From: an uncultured Cytophagales bacterium
GTDB taxonomy: Bacteria; Bacteroidota; Bacteroidia; Cytophagales; Thermonemataceae
Direction of reading: 5' to 3'
Assembly (NCBI GenBank): GCA_938002655.1
Contig: CALLAC010000002.1
Span: 20,823-84,822 of the forward strand
Length of the DNA stretch: 64,000 nt
In this document: positions 48,167 to 56,554 of the stretch, in pieces
How positions within the stretch are numbered: the stretch's first letter is position 1
How the letters are laid out: the number at the start of each line of letters is the position of its first letter
The notes under the pieces: generated by a model
What the model saw: only the letters and a program-made list of their open reading frames with translations
The model's database searches: none
What the model was told of the DNA's origin: nothing
Translations under genes and position numbers: made by a program

Positions 48167-49393
48167 ATGCGAATTGTAGTTATCTGGCTTTCAATTATTT
48201 TACTACTTAGCACTTGCCAAAAACCTGTTGGTACTTCTACAAGCACTGCAAATGAATTTAATGATTGTGGCGGACTTGATGATGGCAGATTTACCATTGG
48301 AGCTAGTGGCATACGCCTAATGTATGGCTTTCCTATCCCTGCTTCTACATCCCATTTTGTAGTAAAAGTAGGCGATAAATTTGCAAGCAATTACGGCAGA
48401 TTGCCCGGTGTAAAAAAGATTTGTACCAAAAAAAAATTCAAAGTAGTAGGCAACCGCAAGTTCAGCGAAATGGAATTCAAATTTGAAGGAGTTACCATTA
48501 CGCAAAGGCTTATTCCCGTTGATGACAACTTGAAAGAAGTGGATAGCCTCTCGCCCGCTCGCTATTACCTGATTGAGTATGAATTTAAAAATAATCGAAT
48601 TGAAGCCTGCGAAGTGGCTTTTCAGCTACTCATAGATAATATGATTGCCGATAACGATGCTCCCAAACTTGATGGCGACAGCACTATGGTTGACGTAGAA
48701 ACCAAATACGTAGACAAACACGTACCTAAACAAATTTTTTTATACCGAAAAGCTCGCGATTTGAGCGACCACACTGCCGAAATACTCACTGCCAAAGAAA
48801 AAGCTGTAAAACCTGATGAACTCGCTATTGGTAGATGGCCTTATTTCCATCAAATAATCTGGGACTACAACCCCTGCAACTGTCCCTATACCGATGCCGC
48901 TATAATTATGCGTTGGAATGCTCAAATACTTACATCAGGACAAAAAAGGCGTGTAGGCATATATTACGGAATGGCTCGTAAAATCAATAAAAAACCTAAT
49001 CAGGATATTGTACGACTGCAAACTACTTTTACTGAAAATGTTTCTATGCGACTTTTTGCCGATACAGCTTATTTCGATAATGCTAGTGCCGTACTTTCCA
49101 AAGATTTTACTAACCGCATTGACCAAATCTTGCAGGGCAGAGACCTCCGTAAAGTGATAGGTGTCTTGGTAGAAGGGCACACCGATGCCAAAGGAACAGA
49201 AGAAGCCAATGTAGAATATTCTCGTAAAAGAGCAAAAGCCGTAATGGATTACTTGGCAAAAAAAGGTATTCCTAATGAAAAAGTCGTACCCAAAGGCTAT
49301 GGCGAAATGTATGCTCTACAAAGCCCCGAAACAGAAACCAACGGAAACCCCAAAGATAGAAAGGCTATTATCGTTATGTATATGGAACAATAA
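48167..49393 (+). CDS. Lipoprotein with an uncharacterised N-terminal beta domain and C-terminal OmpA-like peptidoglycan-binding domain
   Basis: Lipobox LLSTC after Met 48167; VEGHTDAKGTEEANVEYSRKRAKAVMDYL...GYGE...DRKA OmpA_C motif. Confidence 0.82.
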   Translation: MRIVVIWLSIILLLSTCQKPVGTSTSTANEFNDCGGLDDGRFTIGASGIRLMYGFPIPASTSHFVVKVGDKFASNYGRLPGVKKICTKKKFKVVGNRKFSEMEFKFEGVTITQRLIPVDDNLKEVDSLSPARYYLIEYEFKNNRIEACEVAFQLLIDNMIADNDAPKLDGDSTMVDVETKYVDKHVPKQIFLYRKARDLSDHTAEILTAKEKAVKPDELAIGRWPYFHQIIWDYNPCNCPYTDAAIIMRWNAQILTSGQKRRVGIYYGMARKINKKPNQDIVRLQTTFTENVSMRLFADTAYFDNASAVLSKDFTNRIDQILQGRDLRKVIGVLVEGHTDAKGTEEANVEYSRKRAKAVMDYLAKKGIPNEKVVPKGYGEMYALQSPETETNGNPKDRKAIIVMYMEQ

Positions 49394-49588
49394 CAAAATA
49401 ACTATTCTGCTTGAAATTTAAAGATGGCAAAAAACAAAACTTCAAAAAAAGAACTTGATTTATCCAAAGCATGCATTCACAGATTTTTTAAGTAATTTCA
49501 TCAATTTTATCTTCAAGTGCTGAAAAGGTCGTATAGTTTTGCTATCACGTAAAGCAACCGAAAAGATAAGTGTTTTGTAGTTGAGAAA

Positions 49589-49617
49589 GTGACTTTCATT
49601 TTGGAAGTCATTTTTTT
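49589..49617 (+). terminator. Terminator-like hairpin in the long intergenic region before the hybrid kinase
   Basis: GTGACTTTC-ATTTT-GGAAGTCAT (with G-U pairs) followed by T7. Confidence 0.45.
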
Positions 49618-49766
49618 GTTTTTATTGGCAAACTTGTTGTACAGAGTTCAAGAAAGTGTTCATTGTTTATCGCTTACAATCATTTATTTAGAAAGTTTAG
49701 CTTTGATTGTTGGAAAATTGCTTTTTTCATTGCTTATGCGTAGTTTAGAAAAAAATTATTCTTGTA

Positions 49767-52169
49767 ATGAATTTAGAAAACATCAGCAAAGCCGAACTCA
49801 TTGCCGAAATCAAGCGTTTGCGGAAAATGCTCAACGAAGACCTTATCCAAGAACTTCAAGAAAGCAACGCCGCTCTACAAGATTTATTTGATAACTCCAA
49901 CGACCTCATTTTTGTCTGCAATGCCGAAGGTAAAATTTTATTTGCCAATCGTATTTTTATACAAAAATTGGGCTATGCCATTGATGAACTGCCACTACTG
50001 AACTTTCAAGACCTTTTAGCCCCCTCGCATCGTATTGCCTACTTACGACAGCTAAGTCGCTTACTGGCAGGTGAAGAAATTCCCAAATTTCAACTTGTAT
50101 TATTGAGTAAGCAAAAACAAAAAATTTACCTCAAAGGCAAAGTAAGCATTCGCTTTGAAAATGGTAGCCCTGCCGCTTTAAGAGGCATCATGTACGACAC
50201 GACCGACAAAGTACGCATTGAAGCCGAACTCATGAGCCAAACAGCCCGCCTAAAAGCTATTTTTGAAAGTGGCTCGCATATCATGTGGTCTGTCAATAGA
50301 AAAAGAGAGTTTACAGCATTCAACCAAAACTATGTCAAGGCTTTACAAATTCAATATGGCATAATTCCCACAATCGGAGAAAATCTAGATAATTTGCGAA
50401 GTGCTCTGGAAAAAGATGGCTTGCGGGCTTTTTGGAAAGAAAAAATGAAAAAAGCCTTTGCAGGCGAAATTCAACATTTTGAAGTAAAAGCACGCGATAT
50501 CAACGGAAATACCGTTTGGCAAGAAGTTTACCTGAACCCCATCCCCTCGCCCGATGGCTCTATTGAAGAAGTTGCCGCAATAGCTCACGATATCACCGAA
50601 AACAAAAAAATTCGAGAAAGCCTGCAAAAAGCCAAAGAAGTAGCCGAGCAATCTTTGAAAGTCAAAGAGATTTTTTTAGCAAATATGAGCCACGAAATCC
50701 GAACCCCAATGAATGGCATCATCGGAATGATTGAACTGCTAAGCCTTACGCCACTCAACGAAATACAAAAAGAGTATGTAGAAACGCTCAAGAAATCGTC
50801 TCAGACGCTAATGCACATTCTCAACGATATTCTTGACCTTTCTAAAATTGAAGCAGGAAAAATGCAACTTTTCCCCAAAAGTACCCATTTCAGACAAACT
50901 CTGCAGAAAGTGTACGACTTATTTCTACCTCAAGCCAAACAAAAACAAAATTCTCTTATTCTGCAAATAGATAGCCAAATTGCTCCATTTTTAGAAATTG
51001 ATGAAACCAGGTTCATTCAAATTCTTTCTAATCTGGTAGCCAATGCTATCAAATTTACCGAAAAAGGGGAAATAAAAATCACTTGCCAACTACTTGAAAG
51101 CCAAGAAAAAGAACAAAAAATAAAAGTTAGTGTTTCGGATAGTGGTATCGGTATTGCTGAAAAAGACCGCCATAAACTTTTTCAGGCTTTTAGCCAAATA
51201 GATAGTTCGATGGCAAAGGCTCAAAGCGGTACAGGTTTGGGGCTGGCAATTTCCAAACAGCTCGCTCAAATGATGAAAGGCGAAATCAATTTTTCACCCA
51301 ATCCGCAAGGTAAGGGCAGTATTTTTTATTTTATTTTCCAAGCCCCTATTAGCCAAGATAAAACACAAGCGTATTCACCAAATATTATTTGGCAAAAATT
51401 AGAAAAGCCTCTGCAAATACTTTTGGTTGATGATAACGCTATCAATCGGAAAGTAGCTTGCGAAATGCTCAAAAAATTAGGAGCAGAAGTGGTATCTGCC
51501 GAAAATGCCTCACAAGCTTTTGAATGGCTCGATAAAGAAAATTTTGACCTTATCTTCTTGGATATTCAAATGCCTGAAATTGATGGTATAGCCGCCTTGC
51601 ACCACATTCGAAAAATGAATTTGCCTAACCCCCCTCGTATTATTGCTCTTACAGCTTATGCAATGAAAGAAGACCCTCAAAAACTACTTTCAGAAGGTTT
51701 TGATGACTATCTTGCCAAGCCCATTCGTTTAGAAAATTTGTATCAGAAACTAACCGCACAAACTACCCCATTTGGCAACGACAAAGCAGATGAAAATGCT
51801 TGGATTGATGAGAGCATTTGGAACTCACTCATCACTCTTACAAACAAAGAAGTATTTTTAGAAAGTTTGCAAGAATGTATCGCCGAAACAAAAACACAAA
51901 TAAATCAAATCTGGCAATTTTATACCCAAGAAAATTTTACTGAAATCCCCAAAGTTTTACACACCATCAAAGGAGCAACTGCTACATTAGGATTGAGCCG
52001 TTTTGCCGAAAAAACTGCTTGGGCTGAAAGAGAAATCAAACAAAAGCCTTATTCCCAATGGAAAGCTATTCTGCAAGAATGGGAAAAAGAATGGGAGAGT
52101 TTCTTGAATGTACATTCAGAGCTTATATTGCTATACTCAACAAAGAAGCTAAATAACGAACAGAGTTAA
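49767..52169 (+). CDS. Cytoplasmic hybrid histidine kinase (PAS-PAS-HisKA-HATPase-REC-HPt)
   Basis: Two PAS-like regions; FLANMSHEIRTPMNG; NLVANAIKFT, DSGIGI and GTGLGL; REC FLDIQMPE; HPt LHTIKG; no TM seen. Confidence 0.93.
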   Translation: MNLENISKAELIAEIKRLRKMLNEDLIQELQESNAALQDLFDNSNDLIFVCNAEGKILFANRIFIQKLGYAIDELPLLNFQDLLAPSHRIAYLRQLSRLLAGEEIPKFQLVLLSKQKQKIYLKGKVSIRFENGSPAALRGIMYDTTDKVRIEAELMSQTARLKAIFESGSHIMWSVNRKREFTAFNQNYVKALQIQYGIIPTIGENLDNLRSALEKDGLRAFWKEKMKKAFAGEIQHFEVKARDINGNTVWQEVYLNPIPSPDGSIEEVAAIAHDITENKKIRESLQKAKEVAEQSLKVKEIFLANMSHEIRTPMNGIIGMIELLSLTPLNEIQKEYVETLKKSSQTLMHILNDILDLSKIEAGKMQLFPKSTHFRQTLQKVYDLFLPQAKQKQNSLILQIDSQIAPFLEIDETRFIQILSNLVANAIKFTEKGEIKITCQLLESQEKEQKIKVSVSDSGIGIAEKDRHKLFQAFSQIDSSMAKAQSGTGLGLAISKQLAQMMKGEINFSPNPQGKGSIFYFIFQAPISQDKTQAYSPNIIWQKLEKPLQILLVDDNAINRKVACEMLKKLGAEVVSAENASQAFEWLDKENFDLIFLDIQMPEIDGIAALHHIRKMNLPNPPRIIALTAYAMKEDPQKLLSEGFDDYLAKPIRLENLYQKLTAQTTPFGNDKADENAWIDESIWNSLITLTNKEVFLESLQECIAETKTQINQIWQFYTQENFTEIPKVLHTIKGATATLGLSRFAEKTAWAEREIKQKPYSQWKAILQEWEKEWESFLNVHSELILLYSTKKLNNEQS

Positions 52170-54489
52170 AATTACGTAATTCGTAGATAGTCCGATGGAT
52201 ACTTTGCTTTTCTTTTTTGGTTAGGTGCCAACTCAAAACAGCACGCTCTATGATAACTTTGGAGGGCATAGGGTATTTATCAGGATTTTCAAGGGCTTTG
52301 TGAATTTCATCTAAATTTTTAGAAATCGGTACGTACTCAAATTCTACTCGGTGAATTTGCGTTTTGGGCATAGCTCCTTGCACAAACTCGATGAGATTGT
52401 CGTTGTTGATGTCCTGCATATATTCTTGGTTCATATAGATACCTTCCAGCGGAGTGAATAATCTTTGGAATAAAGATTGCTGAATACGCTTTTCAATGGG
52501 TTTATTTTTTTGTGTATCACGTATAGAAACCAGCACTACCCCTGAAGTATTTTTTTGTATCCAATCTTTGAATACATACAAAAATCGAGCCGCTGTTTCT
52601 ACGCCAAAGTTATCGGATATGCCTGCGTCCATAATTTGCATTTCAGGGTTAGAAGGAAGTTTTACGTTGGGAGCCACATAAGGGAAAGTTGCACTCATTC
52701 GCAATGCACTTAGAAAGCGTAAATTTTTACTATCCTGCTTTTCAAAAAAACGTAAGAATTCCACTCCTTTGGTTTTTTGGTTGAGAAAGCGTTTTTGAAA
52801 AAGGCTCGGCGTACACATATAAGAAACATTTTGGGGCGAGATGTACAGCTTTCTGCCATCATTTACGATAGTAGGCGAGAGTATCATCATAGGGATAAGA
52901 GCTTTTTTTTCAGGTTCTTTGTATTCACAAAGTGCTTTGTCCATCACGCCGTCAGTATTTTCATTGAGCTGTTGTTCAAAAGCGTATCCTCGATCTTTGT
53001 AATAAGTTCTTCCTTTGTAATTAAATTTTTGAAAACGAAAAAAAATATCATTTACAACCCAACTAAATGCAATAGCATTGAGATTATCGCGTGTGATGTT
53101 TTCGTAGTATTCGTCAGCATAAATATCAATTTTTTCACCTTGTTGTTGTCTTAGGTACAATTCTCTGAAATACGCCGCCCCTATAAGCCCCCCCGAAGCT
53201 CCTGAAATGAGTACTGTGTGGTTCATCAAGTTACCACCAAGCGTACTATCTACGTATTGCAAAGTACGCATAGCCCAAGCCGAAGCTCTTTGCCCCCCTC
53301 CACTTACACAAATAAGCACCATTTTAGGATTTTCTTTCTTGGGGAATTTGGCTCGCCAGTTGTTCAAAATTTCTAGGGTTTCTGTATAATCTTTCCTGAA
53401 ATTATCATCATTTACTGCTTCTCGTACCGATTGTGTAGAATATTCTGGCTTTGGGGAAGTCTCATAATCGATACCATACACTTCATAAGCCTGATTGAAC
53501 CAGTCCATTTTGGTAACATAATTAAAGCCCAAGATAAAAACAATCAGAGCAGTAAGTACCCAACGCTTGAACCAGAAAGTGAATGCCCCCACAAACATAA
53601 TGCCCAAAGTAAGCAAGAGTACCAAACTCGCCCCTGCTGGAATTTGGAAATAAGGATTTTCTTCAAAGTAGCCTAAAAACATTACAACAACAAAAATTGT
53701 AGATTGAATAATGACCGAATTGATATGGTTTTGGTTAAACACTTTCATCAAAATTTGCCTATCAATACCAATCAGTTCTTGGACTTTTCTATAGGAAAAC
53801 GGATGAGCAAAATAATAATCTACGCGGATTTTATCATGCCGAGCCGCATCATAGCGTTCCTTGATATTCATACGCACTATTTTTACTTTTCTCAAACTTA
53901 CGTTCAGCCCTTCGGTTACACGATTTACTATTTTGAAAATATCCAGATTGGTTAGATAAAAATAAAAGAAGAAAAAGCCGCACATCAAGAAAAAACCTAG
54001 TAAAAAAGCTAAAACTTTAATCCAGATATTACTTTCAGTTTCCAAAGCATTTTCTCGGGCAAATACAACAAATTCCCACAAATAAACCCCCAAAAAAAGC
54101 GTTGGAAAAAAACTATTATTGATACAAAACTTCAAAAATGGATATTTCAGATGCCCTAAGAAGCCAAAGCGGTGTCCGTCCCAAAGGTAGCAAGTAATTT
54201 GATACGACATAGTATAGCCCCCAAGCGTAACGCCCAAAATCGCCATACTCCATTCATTTACTCGGTTGATATACTCGGGTTCTAAAAAAAGGTAAGATAG
54301 CCCTATCATACTACCTACGTTATCTGTAACTATTCCGATGAGCAAAAGCCAAGCAAGTACCAAGAGATGATTTTTACGTAAATTCAGAATAAGTAGCTGC
54401 ATCGGAAAGGAATACCATACCCAAGAAAGTAAAGGCTCTATAAACTTACTTTGTAATTTGCTTTTTCGCCTAATAACTTTCCTAACCAT
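52123..54489 (-). CDS. Patatin-like phospholipase domain fused to a multi-pass N-terminal membrane region
   Basis: Several N-terminal TMs; SGGGQRA oxyanion motif; GASGG nucleophile elbow; DAG in place of DGG. Confidence 0.75.
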   Translation of the reverse strand: MVRKVIRRKSKLQSKFIEPLLSWVWYSFPMQLLILNLRKNHLLVLAWLLLIGIVTDNVGSMIGLSYLFLEPEYINRVNEWSMAILGVTLGGYTMSYQITCYLWDGHRFGFLGHLKYPFLKFCINNSFFPTLFLGVYLWEFVVFARENALETESNIWIKVLAFLLGFFLMCGFFFFYFYLTNLDIFKIVNRVTEGLNVSLRKVKIVRMNIKERYDAARHDKIRVDYYFAHPFSYRKVQELIGIDRQILMKVFNQNHINSVIIQSTIFVVVMFLGYFEENPYFQIPAGASLVLLLTLGIMFVGAFTFWFKRWVLTALIVFILGFNYVTKMDWFNQAYEVYGIDYETSPKPEYSTQSVREAVNDDNFRKDYTETLEILNNWRAKFPKKENPKMVLICVSGGGQRASAWAMRTLQYVDSTLGGNLMNHTVLISGASGGLIGAAYFRELYLRQQQGEKIDIYADEYYENITRDNLNAIAFSWVVNDIFFRFQKFNYKGRTYYKDRGYAFEQQLNENTDGVMDKALCEYKEPEKKALIPMMILSPTIVNDGRKLYISPQNVSYMCTPSLFQKRFLNQKTKGVEFLRFFEKQDSKNLRFLSALRMSATFPYVAPNVKLPSNPEMQIMDAGISDNFGVETAARFLYVFKDWIQKNTSGVVLVSIRDTQKNKPIEKRIQQSLFQRLFTPLEGIYMNQEYMQDINNDNLIEFVQGAMPKTQIHRVEFEYVPISKNLDEIHKALENPDKYPMPSKVIIERAVLSWHLTKKEKQSIHRTIYELRNFNSVRYLASLLSIAI

Positions 54490-54595
54490 ACACTACGAAA
54501 TTTTGCTCCTTGAATTTTGATTGGAAGTTTTGAAAGTTTTTTTGCAAAATTTTGAGTTAATCTCTTAAATTTAAGCCTCAAAATGCATGCAATGA

Positions 54596-56026
54596 ATGAA
54601 AACTTGGCTTGCAATTTTAACATTATTCATTACTACTGCAATATTTGCTCAAAAAAATATCAGTTTAGATGACGTTTTGCGTTGGTCTAGCAGTCAGACT
54701 TTTGATTTTCAGAAAGCAGAGAAAGAGTTCCAAATTAGCCTTTGGCAATATCGCTATCATCTTTCCAACAACAAACCACGCCTAATATTTAGCGGTGATT
54801 TACCCAATTTTAGCAGAACTATCATTCCTGTAACGCAAAATGACGGTGTAGAGGCTTTCCGTGAGCGTAGTTTGGCTACTTCGCTAGTAGAACTTTCTAT
54901 TGCCCAAAATATTGCCGCCACAGGCACAACCATTTTTGCTTCTTCGCAACTCAATCGTATAGATGTGTTTCAGCCTACTAATGCCGTTTCTTACCTTGCC
55001 TACCCTGCTCTTGTGGGTATTCGGCAACCTTTGGGTAGTTTTAATGCAATGCGTTGGGAAAATAAAATTCAACCTATACGCTACCAAGAATCGCAAAAAA
55101 AGTTCAAAGAAGATATCGAAATAGCCAAGCTGAAAGCTATGCAGTTGTTTTTTCAGTTGCTTTCAGAACAAGAAAATTTACAGATGTTGGAAAAACAAAA
55201 AATATTCAACGATAGCCTTTTTGTGTTGGCACAAAAGCGATTTTCGGTCGGGAAAATTACAGAAAATGAGCTTTTACGCAATGAAATCAACTATTTGCAA
55301 GCCGAGCAAGAGCTCACGCAAAGCCGAAATCAATACGAGTTTGCTTTGAGGCAGTTTCAGAGTTATTTTAAAATTCACGAAAACATACAATTGCAATGCC
55401 CAAATGAACTTCGTGCCGAAATAAATTTAGAAATCGCTTTGGAAAGATTTCGCAAAAATAGTCGTAAAAGCATAGAAATACAAAGAAAAATTATTGAAGC
55501 TGACAAAGAGCTCGCCCAAGCACGTGCCAATGCGGGCTTAAAAGCGGATATTTCGCTAGCTTTTGGACTTTCTAAAGATGGACAGACTATCAGAGACGTG
55601 TATAGGAATGTAAAAGACCAAGAAAACGCTCGTATTTCCTTTCAAATTCCCATTTTGGATTGGCAGAGAGGCAAATCGCAAGTAAAAGTTGCTCAATTGC
55701 AAAAAGAAATGATTTTGCAAGAAACTGAAAGAGAAATCCAAGAAATGGAACTGGAACTAGAACTGCAAATAAAAAACTGGTTTGTAGCTCAAAAACAATT
55801 AGAAATTGCCAAAAAAAATCAAACCATTGCCCGAAAAATATATCTGATAACCTACCAAGAATACCTGAACGGCAACACCAACCTAAGCGAAGTGGAAAGA
55901 GCATTTTCCAGTCAAAGCCTTTCACAACAAAACTACTTGAAGCAGTTAGAAGCCATTTGGGTAGGCTATTACAAAATACGACTGCTCACACTGTACGATT
56001 TTGAAAAAAATTTACCTCTCGATTGA
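54596..56026 (+). CDS. TolC-family outer-membrane efflux protein
   Basis: Signal peptide; long helical repeats; IRQPL and FQIPILDW motifs; two-fold internal architecture. Confidence 0.85.
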   Translation: MKTWLAILTLFITTAIFAQKNISLDDVLRWSSSQTFDFQKAEKEFQISLWQYRYHLSNNKPRLIFSGDLPNFSRTIIPVTQNDGVEAFRERSLATSLVELSIAQNIAATGTTIFASSQLNRIDVFQPTNAVSYLAYPALVGIRQPLGSFNAMRWENKIQPIRYQESQKKFKEDIEIAKLKAMQLFFQLLSEQENLQMLEKQKIFNDSLFVLAQKRFSVGKITENELLRNEINYLQAEQELTQSRNQYEFALRQFQSYFKIHENIQLQCPNELRAEINLEIALERFRKNSRKSIEIQRKIIEADKELAQARANAGLKADISLAFGLSKDGQTIRDVYRNVKDQENARISFQIPILDWQRGKSQVKVAQLQKEMILQETEREIQEMELELELQIKNWFVAQKQLEIAKKNQTIARKIYLITYQEYLNGNTNLSEVERAFSSQSLSQQNYLKQLEAIWVGYYKIRLLTLYDFEKNLPLD

Positions 56027-56035
56027 ACAAAAACA

Positions 56036-56079
56036 TTTGCAACTTTGTTGCTTTTTTGTATGTTTGCAACAAGGTTGAA
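56036..56079 (+). promoter_or_regulatory. Tandem operator boxes overlapping the merC-like promoter
   Basis: TGCAAC-TTT-GTTGCT (56038-56052), 12 nt, TGCAAC-AAG-GTTGAA (56065-56079); TTTG at 56036-56039 and TATGTTTG at 56059-56066, 19-nt spacer. Confidence 0.7.
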
Positions 56080-56082
56080 ACT

Positions 56083-56472
56083 ATGAAAGGCTTTTATCAT
56101 AAGTTTGTAGCTAAGTTAGGATTTTCACTTTCATTACTTTGCGGCTTGCACTGTCTTGCCACCCCTGCTCTGCTTGCTTGTATGCCTGCCGTAGCCGAAT
56201 GGTTTTCAGAAGAAGTAGAAATAAGCATTACTTTGTTTAGCTTTTTTATCGGCTTTTTGGTGCTTTGGAAAGATTTGCGTTTGCATAAATTTACTATTCC
56301 CTTACTTTTGCTAATTTTTTCTTTTACCCTTATCCTGATAAGCCAGATTTTTGTTCATAGGCACTTTTTGGATATTTTGGGCATTGTAGGCATTGCTTTG
56401 GCATATCTTTGGAATTGGCATAAAGTTCGCCAGTTACGTATGTGTGCCTGTGTGGTAAATACCTCTGAATAA
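56083..56472 (+). CDS. MerC-domain membrane protein
   Basis: LSLLCGLHCLATP motif, four TM helices, His residues and C-terminal CAC; true start Met 56083. Confidence 0.8.
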   Translation: MKGFYHKFVAKLGFSLSLLCGLHCLATPALLACMPAVAEWFSEEVEISITLFSFFIGFLVLWKDLRLHKFTIPLLLLIFSFTLILISQIFVHRHFLDILGIVGIALAYLWNWHKVRQLRMCACVVNTSE

Positions 56473-56554
56473 GCAATCTACGTACATCAGTTTTTTTGCT
56501 TTTCTTAGTAGTTTAATAGCCGTACATTTTCTATTTTTGCCAAAAGTTTGATGT

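Noticed and set aside
47914-48390. 158-aa + strand ORF spanning the TonB receptor start and operator region
   Set aside because: Overlaps two well-supported genes and the promoter; no motifs or coding-like composition.
49589-49891. 100-aa ORF upstream of the hybrid kinase
   Set aside because: Starts at a non-ATG codon inside a terminator-like hairpin, overlaps the kinase in another frame and has no recognisable features.
52123-54489. Patatin gene as a CBASS or other anti-phage effector
   Set aside because: No CD-NTase, TIR or other defence gene is adjacent; the distant NTase-like gene lacks catalytic residues.
56083-56472. merC as evidence of a mercury-resistance operon
   Set aside because: No merR, merA, merP or merT nearby; the promoter instead shares boxes with a metal-uptake operon.
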